The notes beneath the pieces are model-generated. The model searched no databases. It was given only the letters and a program-made list of their open reading frames with translations, and had not been told where the DNA came from. 64,000 nt of DNA from Antedon mediterranea (taxonomy: Eukaryota; Animalia; Echinodermata), in NCBI RefSeq assembly GCF_964355755.1, contig NC_092678.1, positions 18,927,365 through 18,991,364 on the forward strand, given 5' to 3'. Shown here piece by piece: positions 42,501 to 54,700 of the stretch (positions within the stretch are counted from its first letter, which is position 1; every line of letters begins with the position of its first letter). Made by a program: the position numbers and the translations under genes.

Positions 42501-45500
42501 ATTAGCTATTGATATTGTCATGCAATTACTTTGTTTGTATTTGACAAGTTCTTTTACTTCTTTTTCTGTTCCCAGAAACAGTTCTTATTTAATGTTACCA
42601 TTTTAAGTTATTGAAATTAATGTATGCTGTTTTTATTTCATGAAATGTTTCTAAATAAATGTTGTTGTTGACAATATTATAAAATAATGAGGTTTTCATG
42701 GAAAAGTAACTATCAAATTATAATGTTTCTCTTCATAATCAAAGCCATGCAAAATAGCACAGCATTAGTAATTGTTTTTGTACACAGGAACAACAGCGTT
42801 ATTGAAATCCTGTATTCATTTTAATTTATAATTGTTTATCTTTTGAATTGATTCTAAAAAGTATTCTGCATAATATTCTACAATCTTTATGACTTTTTTA
42901 TGTAGCTGATGTATTTTAAATTGCAATCTTTTTTTTTTACAGTTCTACCCTTTCAGTAGCGATTTATTTTTTTATCTTGTTTTTAAATATTTGATTTAAT
43001 TTCTTTTTATAGTTAAATGTGGTCACAATGAATTCAACTGTGAAAGTGGTGAGTGTATCTCACTTAGCAAAATGTGTGATAATGTGCCGTATGACTGTGC
43101 CGATAATTCTGATGAACCAGACGAATGTCAAAGTAAGAACTATTCATTAGCTTGATTAGGTTTTCTACTTTAACGGTTATCTATTTTTTAAGGTTATCAA
43201 ACTCTGAAATTACCTAAAGTAAAGCTTTATATATATGTATTCTCATTATCAATAGAATTTTATTAGATACAAGTGGATGATAGTGTAGAAAAGCAAACTC
43301 TCATCCAATGCGATTATCAAATTTGGCTAATGCATATATTTTATTTTACATTTAAGATAAAGGATGTGACGATTTGTTGCAACTTTTGGACAATATGACA
43401 GCAACATGCGGTGAACTTCACGGCTTTCTGGCGGTGGAAGGTGCGAAAAATCTATTTAGTTTTAGATTAGATTTCCCAGAAGCTAAGAACATAATAGCAA
43501 GGGTACGTACATAATCAATTTAATTAACTTGACTTAAGTCAATATTAATATTAATTTATTTTTAGAAATTACAAAGTGATTTTTGATTGAGTATTATTTT
43601 TTATTTTTCACACAAAATTCATAAAAAAGATTCATTATCATCATTCAAAAAAAGAAAGAAAATAAAATACAATAAAGTGTGAAAAACAGGATTACCATAA
43701 GCAAGTCTGTGGCACTCTTAACTTAAAATATAAATTTACAAATACATTACAAAAATGTTATCATGTAGTAAATAAATTATTAAGGAAAATACAACGTACT
43801 ATACTATATTTAGGTATTATGTATAGGTCTACAGCACAGGCACAGAATATAATTATACAGAAATGTAATTAATAGATTTGAAAGGAAGTGAGTTATACAA
43901 GCAGATCTATATCTATCTACAAATATTCTCAAAAAAATTATTCAAAAATATTTAAGCGGCGGCTTGAGCCTACTTGAAGATAGAGGGGACTGAAGTTGCA
44001 ATCTGTTGCCGAACAATTCGCTCATGATGATCTGTACGGTCGCGAAGTCCTATACATAGCACAACGTATTTTGTGTCCTAAAGACACAAATCGAACGGCA
44101 TTTCGATTACATTTATGTTGTTTTTTTTTAATGTTATGTCAAATATTTTCTTTATTTTGTTTAAAAAGGGTGATAACTACAATAAAACTGCAAATGGTCT
44201 TCAATATACCTGTTAAGTTTCTTTAATAAAAACATGTTTTGATTCATAGATCGGAGTTAATATATCTGCGTACATTGGGAATGAGATTGCAGAAGACGGA
44301 ACACTGTTTGTAGCCTTACTTTCATCTGATCCGACAATCATTATCATTCCAGTTATTCATTTCAAGGTAAGAAAAATTATTATCATAATATTATTCTTAA
44401 TTATTAGTTCTGCTTAAACAATTGTGTATTCATAATAAAGAAGTACTTTCCCTAAATAATGATGATAATTAAAATTAATAAAATAAACAAATCATTAACG
44501 AATCATATAACTAGCAACAATTAGTAATTCACAGAGCCTGTGAAAAGTTTGAAATATTAAATCATAAGTTTGTTTTATATTATCAAACTTGTTGGTGGAC
44601 CCTCTGATTAGAGCTTGAAACTTGGTTTTTCTTTTATTACCAGAAAGAACTCTTTCTTCTATCATAACCATTGTTTATGGAATATTCAACATTTTAGGTA
44701 CTTTTGTTTACATCATAACAAATATATTGCAGGTATATCTCAAAGACGATGAAACATTCTTCGAAAAAACCCTGACTGATCTCCACAATTTCGAACAAAA
44801 TGGCCAGCTTGTTTCGTTATCCTTTCTTCCTGATAGCGGTACAAAACACAAATTACTTTCACCGATCACTTGTTTGAGTCAATATGAACAATCTTGCGTA
44901 ACTCTCACCATAAGATCATTTATATCAGACTGTAAGGATGTATGTATTGATAAATATGCAGAATGGAAACGAGCAAGCGAAGATAAATACAATTGTGAGA
45001 TTACTTCAATCAATAGTGTTATTGACGAGTTGTATGGCAAGTGCATCGGTATGTAGGGAATTAAATAATTATTTTGAATTGTGTGTTATTGTATTTATTT
45101 TTAATTTGAACTTGTAATCGTTATCAAATCATAATTAATAATTCTTTACCATTCTGATATTGTGAAATACGAAGAATTAATATAGATAATTGTGCTAATA
45201 ACAGCACAGCCTAACTAATATTATTAATGCATTATGAATATGTAATAAGTACAAATATTGCATCGTATTTATTACAATACTATTACATATCATTATCCTT
45301 TAAAATGTAGTTGCACCAATTATTAGGTCAGTCAGTAGTTCAATGAACATCAATTCAGAAGAAAGCGTCACATTGTATTGTGTATCGTCTGGAGTTCCAG
45401 CAGCGATTGTTCAATGGGGGAAATTCACTGAAGCAGATAAATACGTACCAGTTACAGAGCCATCTACTAGACAAGCAGTTTACGAACTAATTGATTTTTC

Positions 45501-45685
45501 AGCAACGTAGGCCTAATTTGTTTTTATTATTATCTTGAACATCCTCATTTTTCTTTGATTCGTCTTTCGATCGGTCTTTTAAGTATATGAATCATGCAAT
45601 ACCAGAAAATATAAAAACCTAACCACATGTTAAAATTGTCTTTTTAGTCGCGTGGAAGCGACTCTATAGTTCACTATGTCGGTCG

Positions 45686-45716
<31 letters not shown>

Positions 45717-48700
45717 GGTCTGTCTGTCTGTCGGTCTGTCTGTCTGTCTGTCGGTCCGGTATCACTATGCGTTTTATCGCTTTAAGACCTTATCTTGATA
45801 TCAGTTTAATCTAGCTAGGTTAATTTTTCACAGTATATTCCTTATGGCCAGGAATCAATGTGGTTATGTTTTCACGGTGCGCAATAAAAAATTACGCGGT
45901 CTACGCACGATTTAACGAAATCACGTTTGTAATCATATCTTCACAACCATGAATCACAATTATATTATTGGTACTCATAAATTTCAGGGCATAAATCATC
46001 ATATGGCAATACAATTACGTGCGTAGCGCATGTAACGCATGCGTACGCGCGCTTAACATTTTCAAAATTTATTTTCGATGAAATAAGAGTACATTTCAGG
46101 CAATTTTAAGCGTTTACAAAATTGCCATGAGTGCGCATATTTTTGCGCGCGCACTGCGCGTTAAATGTTATTGCGCACTCTTTTTGCCCGATTTCTGTTT
46201 TCTTGACTTACTTTTCAACTCGAAATTACGTTATACGAGCACGTCGAAAGTGACAGGCTACGCACGTGTAAATTTAAAAAAAATAAATGTTTTTAAACAT
46301 TTCAACATTTTTAAACATGTTCAGTAATTTCGGTCAGTATAGTTCACTATGTCGGTCGGTCGGTCTCTCTGTCTCTCTGTCTGTCGGTCTGTCTGTCGGT
46401 CTGTCGGTCTGTCTGTCGGTCCGGTATCACTATGCATTGTAGCACGCGACTTAATGGCTGTTGGCCTTGTTTTTTCTCGGATCTTATTTTAAAAAAGGTG
46501 TGTTTTTGTATTATAGATATGCCTGCCGTGTTTGGAATATCGCAGGTACAATAATCAGTGAGACTGTGGTTATTTCATTAGAAGGTAAAGAGTAAACATA
46601 AATGATCTGATAATATAATATTAAATATAAAATTCACGATACTATACAAATTCCTACCTTGCAATGTATACTTTAACCACTCAACAACATCTGATCTTTT
46701 TTATTATTATTATATTATTTATTACCTTCTAAAAATTCCACTGAGGGCATGTCATAGTTATTGTTTTCTCAAGTAAAATTGCTTTCTGCTCTTTCTTTTT
46801 ATATTAAAGAGCGTTACATATTTTTTTCTTCAAAAGTTTCATCTATGTTGCCTGTCTTGTATAAAATGTTTTTATTCTACTTTTTCCCCAATTGGCGTAT
46901 TTCTTTGCTTATATTATTTTCTATCACTGAATAATGTTGGTATAAAATTTTGTTTTACATTACATTGTATTAAGGCTAACCTACTTTCTTTGTACATAAT
47001 AACTGTATTCTCATTATATCCTTTTAGATGCATCATGTACGGTTAATCATGCGTCAATGCGGGATAGTGCAAAGTCGAAGCAAAAATGTTACAACAGTAC
47101 TATAACAAATATCACACCTACACGTAATCCACGTGATTTTGGAGGGCAGTATTACAAAGACACTTTTGTTCAAGGATCCGTTTTGTACAGTATGTCATTT
47201 TCTTCTTCCAACTTTGACATTGGCAATGAATCTTACTCCAATTCCAGCTCAACAAACTATAATTACGTCATAATTTCCATAGAATTCACCATGTTGAATC
47301 AAAATACAGGTGTAGCTGTTTACTTTCAAACGTTTAACGGTATAATAATTAGTCCTAAAAAAGAAAGCTTTCAAATTGACTTGATGTTTGATCAACCAAT
47401 CAAAATTAAAAGCACATCTACGTATGAGATTACACTAAATAGTCATTCTCATCTTCCCGTTCAATTTTCTGATGAGGCGATTTCAATTAATGGAGTTACT
47501 TGTAAAAACGACTCACCAGAGTGTTTGCTATTTCTAAGTGAATGGAACATTCAGGCGAATGCTGGCTGCAGTCAAACAGATGTGGAAATTACAGCCCTTG
47601 AAATTTGCGTTGGAGAGTTTGTTAAAGGTATAGTATTAGTAAAGCTATGTAAATCTGTATTGCACATGTACCTTATGACATTGAAAAAGTTATTAATATT
47701 GGAATTGAGATAACCCACCTTGCTATACATACCTGCAAGTAAATCCCATTTTCAGTAAAAAAGAATCACCTGGCTACAGGCTTAAGATTGTTCTTCAGAA
47801 CATTCCAGTACTTATATCATTGTCTTTAACTGCGGATTTTTGTTTACGTATTAAGTTTTTTGGAAGATTGTAATGCTATTTTATTTATATAGTTTTAGAA
47901 AATTGCTTCATTATCTTTATTTTTAGATCCTCGTGTAGTTCGTAACCCCAAATCACGTGCTGTTGATATTGGTATGACAGTTATGTTGGAATGCATTATA
48001 GAAAATGTGGAGTTTTATGAATGGTATAAAAACGGCGACCGTATCCCCAATGCTAACAGTCCTACATACAGTGTGCAGCTAGATAAAGGCCAGAGTCAGG
48101 GGGACTATACTTGTTTTGGATCTAGATCTCAAGATAAAAAAGATGCAGCATCAAACCTTGCCACCGTACTCATAACAGGTGGGTCACTTTTCATTGTCAT
48201 GTCATTACCACATAGTCCAAGAGAAGTTTATGTTTCAGAGCCATAGAAAAATGTTATATATGTTTTTCAAACTTGAATACAAATTTTATTGATATTTATG
48301 TTAATATTTAATAAGTGTTAAAAATGTTTTGTTATTGTATTTTTTAGGTTTGTCTACTTTTAGAGTAAATGTTACATTCAATATTTTATTCAACGAAGAC
48401 TATACGAACAGAGAAAGTGCGGCATTCAACAATTTTACAAATGAATTCCAGAAATCTGTAAGTATTACTAAAATTATCAAACCCTGATTGGTTGAATTTA
48501 CAAATGTTTACATTGAGTAGTAAACATAGTGGTTACAAGTGCTATTACCTACAATAAACACTAATCGATATGAATCAGAGAATCCCTTTAAAAACTGGCC
48601 CTGTGAATAATTTCAATCCTTTCAACGGGGGTCGAGGGGTGGGGGTGAGTTGTTGTTTAATTTAAATTTGTTTGAAAAATACGTATTTGCCTAAACTGTG

Positions 48701-51700
48701 TTTTACACATATGAAACGCCATATGGGCCAAAATATTTATCTTTGTACTAATAATAATTCAAAACGCTAGACTAACAATTTTGTAAACGGAAAGAATTCT
48801 ACAAAATAGGCCTACAACATTTTACACCAAAAAAAGAACATAGAATAAAATACTTTTATTTCAGTTGTCTGCAAATATACCGCAAGTTTCTGAAATTTTT
48901 GTTATGAGCCTGAAATCCGGAAGTGTTATTACAGTGATGGATTTATACATCAACCAAGGTCAAAATGCTTCCACATACAGTACTATGATAAATGATTCTC
49001 TCACTTTGTTACCTGGGTTTTTCACAGACTCTGAATCTATCAATGTAATAAGTATATGTAAGTTTTTAAATGATTTTTTCTAATAATGATTATAAATAAA
49101 ACCACATAATTTATGAATCAATCAATGATAAAATGTGTGTACTGTAAGCATTCGGCTGAAATTGTTTTTCAAACAATGCATTTTTTCTCGAGATCATCCT
49201 AAATTCACCACCATGAGACAGACTTTCTCAATCGTACTTCTTTGATATCATTTTCATTTATGATCATTTGGGAAAAAAATATTTATATTCAGTTCAGTGT
49301 TGCTTTTTATACAGCATCCTGCATTGGAGAGGACTTGATAATTGATGGCACTCTCTACAGTTTTCCAGATGTTTCTCTTAGTGTAACTGCAGATTCAATA
49401 CAAGATTGTCTGCTATATTCTCACGAAGGTAAGTTTAAATATAAAATATTCTTCAGTTCTTCTAAATCACCTTATGTTTACTTAAAAAGATTACGAATCG
49501 AGATTACGATTAAGTAACAGATTAAAGTCAAACATTTCTTAAAATGTTGACATTGCTAGCAAAGTTTAGGCTACTAAAGTGTTCTCATGATTTATTTTTT
49601 CGGTTTTTACAGATACAACTGTTCCTCTTGCAACAAGACACTGTGATGGAAATTTCATATCAGGAGCTGAATGGGACAATGTCATAATTACAGACTGTGA
49701 TATTAAGAATAGTAGACTGGACGAGGTATCTAATTTACTGTGATATTTAGGGAAATCATTTGTGGAAATAGTTTTTTTTAATGTATATTACATTAACATT
49801 GATTCAACTTTTGTTTTCTTTTTTCCAGATTGAAGTTACAGAAGATAATGTTTTTGTAATAGCGGACGCTCTTGCCGAATTTACACATGATACACCAGTT
49901 ATGGATGAGAAGTCTGTTGAGTCAGTTGCAAACATTTTAGAAGATATTGTTAATCTTGAGAATCCAGATGAAAGGGTAAGTATGTGCTCTTTTTGTTATC
50001 AAACAGCTGTTGAATTATGCACAACCTCAATATGAAAAGTATTCAGTTACTGGTAAAATGGTTAAGGTTTTATCAAAAACTTGTTTTTATGACATTTACC
50101 GAAGGTAGTTTTAACACGTATCGCAAATCAAGCTCTACTTGATTGACTTATTCTTCTTTTTATCGAATCCACTATTGTGGTGGTGTTAGGATTAGTTCGC
50201 TGAGGTAGGGCGAAGTCAGGGTATTTCTAGCTTATTATTGTTAACTGGCTACACCCAGAGCAGATTTTTCGGTCATGTTAAATTTCAAAAGCTAATATGG
50301 AACATAGAATGTGCAAATTTAAACTTTAACCATGTGAATATTCATGTAATTATGAATTAATTAATTTATATTAGTTAATACAAAACAAAACCTACCTTTG
50401 TTAATTATTTACAGATAACCTCAAACGTGGTTGAAGTTGTTGATAACATAATTCATTCTGGTATGCCGAATTTATCAATGAGAGAAACAGCATCGTCTTT
50501 TGTGACGTCATTAGAAAGACAACTTGCGACAGTGGCAGCAGCAGGCATGAACTTCACCAGTGTACAACCACATGTCGGCGTGGTGACTTTGGCAGTAAGC
50601 CCAGATTCTCTGGTAAACGGGCTAGCTTATGTAGCTTTGTCTGATGGCGATTCACTCAAAAACATTTTGGAATCAGACGATGTAGACATATATTATGAGA
50701 ATGTTCGTTCCTTTAATAATGTAGGAGCTTCAATCATTCTTCCGCATGAGATCGCCTTACTTAGTCAGGCTCAACTGGGCATAGATGAGATCCGATTATA
50801 TTTTACGGTTTACCAGAATAGTTCTTTATTTATTTCGAAGAACTTGGTTATCAAGAAGTCTGGAGAAGGTTTTAAGCGCCATGTTGGCAGTCAGGTCATT
50901 TCAGCTTCAATAGAGGCTGTCATGGTTGATGGACTTGTCACACCTATAAAATTGGCTTTTTTACCACGGCATGTAAGTAACTAAGTAGAACTATTTCATG
51001 TAGAAAGCATTTATATAAGACTGAGACTAGGTTATGTACACTATAGAGTCACATAATAGAAAATCGAAAAGATTCTTCTCAAAAAATTTCATCTGGTTTC
51101 AAATGGATATTTAAAAAATAAATGTCAACGTCATTTGCGTGACCAAGGCTATTGAAAGTAGCTGAAACGTAGCAAGTTAGTACTTATTACGAATTTATCA
51201 ATGAGAGAAACAGCATCGTCTTTTGTGACGTCATTAGAAAGACAACTTGCGACAGTGGCAGCAGCAGGCATGAACTTCACCAGTGTACAACCACATGTCG
51301 GCGTGGTGACTTTGGCAGTAAGCCCAGATTCTCTGGTAAACGGGCTAGCTTATGTAGCTTTGTCTGATGGCGATTCACTCAAAAACATTTTGGAATCAGA
51401 CGATGTAGACATATATTATGAGAATGTTCGTTCCTTTAATAATGTAGGAGCTTCAATCATTCTTCCGCATGAGATCGCCTTACTTAGTCAGGCTCAACTG
51501 GGCATAGATGAGATCCGATTATATTTTACGGTTTACCAGAATAGTTCTTTATTTATTTCGAAGAACTTGGTTATCAAGAAGTCTGGAGAAGGTTTTAAGC
51601 GCCATGTTGGCAGTCAGGTCATTTCAGCTTCAATAGAGGCTGTCATGGTTGATGGACTTGTCACACCTATAAAATTGGCTTTTTTACCACGGCATGTAAG

Positions 51701-54700
51701 TAACTAAGTAGAACTATTTCATGTAGAAAGCATTTATATAAGACTGAGACTAGGTTATGTACACTATAGAGTCACATAATAGAAAATCGAAAAGATTCTT
51801 CTCAAAAAATTTCATCTGGTTTCAAATGGATATTTAAAAAATAAATGTCAACGTCATTTGCGTGACCAAGGCTATTGAAAGTAGCTGAAACGTAGCAAGT
51901 TAGTACTTGTCAACTGGTTTAAAAAAAAAGTTGACATTTATTTTTTAAGAAAAGTTTCTGTAAAAATATCTGGTTGAGTTCAAAGATATTTCGACATTCC
52001 ATTTTTTTGTGTTAATATTTATTCATTTACATAATAATATTGTTGTTTTTATTATTGTAGGAAATTATCAATAACAATACAGAATGTGTTTTCTGGGATT
52101 TTTCACTCGATGATGGAGTAGGTGATTGGTCAAGCGAAGGATGTGAGTTAAATGAAACAACAGATGGTCGTGTTGTATGCTTATGTGCCCATCTTACCAA
52201 CTTTGCCATTCTTGTCGTAAGTCATTTTTTTAATCTTTTTTAGTTTTTGTTAATGGCATTTGTTACAACCGCTAATGTAGAAAACGCTAGCTAATTTTGA
52301 AACAACCTAGTAGAACAATCCACCGCTAATATAGACACAGACACATCTGCTGTCGGCTGTTTTTGGCAATTTGTAAGATTTAATTTGTTTAGCTAGATAC
52401 CCTCATCACTGAAAAAACCTGTGAGTTATGTACTGGCTGGTCTATGCACCTTAAATTGCTGGTAAACGGAAGCAGTGATGTGGGTTCGATTGGTCTTATT
52501 TTTTATTCGTTTTTTTTTCAAATTAATCAATTGTATTTAGGTTTAAGGTTAATTTTTTTAATGGTTTTTCACAAGCGCCTTGAGCACTTTAGTGAATATG
52601 TGCGCTGTATAAATCTTGTTATTATTATTATTATTATTATTAAAACCTCCATCTAATGTAGTGTTTCTATATTAGCTGGATGTTTTACTACATTCTACAT
52701 TAGCGTTGGATTGCTCTACATAAACGGTTGTTTCGACATTAGCTGGCATTTTCTACAGCGGTTGTAACAGCATTCTTTAACTTTAAAAATGTCATTAGGG
52801 TTGGTGAACTAAATACGCCGACTTCTTTCCAAAATACGTCAACGCTAAACTATTAAAACAAATACGCGAATTGTCCATAATACATCAATTTAATATTACT
52901 ATTTTCCATGCTGTTTTTATAACTGGTTGTTTAGGCCTATTTTGATAGGTAAACTGGTCTGGTATATTGCTCTATCGTAAATTTTACAGACTTGATTACA
53001 TTATTAATGTATTAGCCATATTTACGACTGAAGTTAAGTTAGACATACCTACTGTATGAGAATTTTAACGTATTGCTGTACTAGCTGTGAGTACTGTTTA
53101 CACCCCAATAAATTAAAATTAATTGAAACACAGTGTTGTTAATGTGTTTTGCATAACCAAACTAAATTCATCATTTTGGCTTTATGCGCATTCTTATTAT
53201 TTGTTACATACATGTTGAAACGGTGCTCATATTCGTAACATGACCTCATAATCGCGTCGAGCATACCTTATTGGCGAAAGTTCTGTATTTTTTAGTTGTA
53301 TGAAAAAATGTCTCCGAGCGTGATTCGAAATGAGCACTGTTTCAATAATTTGACAGTATGATTTATCTAAATAATATACAGTGCTACGCAACACAATTGA
53401 TTTACATATATCTAATATTATGTTTACAGGACTATTATGAACCCAAAGAGTACAATGCCTTATCTATTATCAGTCTTATTGGATGCATCGTTTCTGTTGT
53501 CAGTTTGGTGGCAACAATTGCTACATACCTGTACTTTAAGTAAGTAAAAAACAGTATAAAATAATTAGAAAGAACACAATAAATTACAATATTCCAATAA
53601 CATTGACATTTTTAACTCAACATAAACATAGGCTTATGTGGGGTTAAACCAGCTCAATATAATGCATAGAAAATACAATTTTAAAATTTTAACCAACTTA
53701 ACCTTTCATTCTTTCTAAAAATAAGATTTCATAAAATTAACGTACCTTTCTATTATGATTAAGCCTATACTGCTCTCTTTTGTAATTATGAACATGTAAT
53801 AAGTTTCTTTGTGGCACTGTGTAGAAATATAACGATATAAACAGTGCCTCCTATAGACGATGTGTCATAATGCCATAGAGTATAATACACTATGTCGGCT
53901 ATGGTACTAACATAAATTATTTTTTGCAGACAATTTCGAAGTAAACGTCCACATAAAATCCTCATCAACCTGTCGCTATCTTTGCTTCTTCTCTATCTCG
54001 TGTTTGCAATTGGCATCGAGCAGACAGGTTCTAGAAATGGATGCATCGCTGTGGCAGCGTTGATTCATTACTTTGGATTGGCCTCTGTTTTCTGGATGAC
54101 AATCGAAGCTGTAAACATGTACCTAATGTTCGTCAAAGTCATTCACAGTGAAATTAGATATTTTATGCTCAAAGTTTGTGTAGCAGGTTACGGTAAATAT
54201 ATTACATTATTGCCCATAGGCCTACCCAACAGTGAGTGTATTAGTTGACGCAGACGCAACGCAATGACGAAGACGCAACGCAAGCGATGCATTGAGTTCG
54301 AATATTCCAATCCATTTTAATTGATCAAATCACTTTACGTCCTTGTGTTGAATCTCTATTATAGAATAAGCAAAAATCGATAAACATTCGTTTTCAGTGG
54401 CAACAAATAATTCTAATATTTTGCAGGAAAAAGGATTTGTTGTAGTTGTTTGTTTGTGACGTACTTTTCTTTTTACTTTCGGGAACGAATCATTCCATGA
54501 GAGATAGGCCTACTAATAACCTGTATTTTCGTGCGACAAATGTTATAAAAGGCACCATCCTGGTCTGTGTTAGTTTTCATGTCTGTTCCATCACTCTCGG
54601 TACATTTTTATTCAAGTGTTTCTATGCTAATGACCTTCTGTTTTCACGACACGCCATGAGCTTATGATGGCGCTAGTTACAATCAGTTACGCATGATTAA

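Noticed and set aside
51201-51707. 168-aa ORF as a separate gene or extra exon
   Set aside because: Partial duplicate of the GAIN exon with no in-frame acceptor
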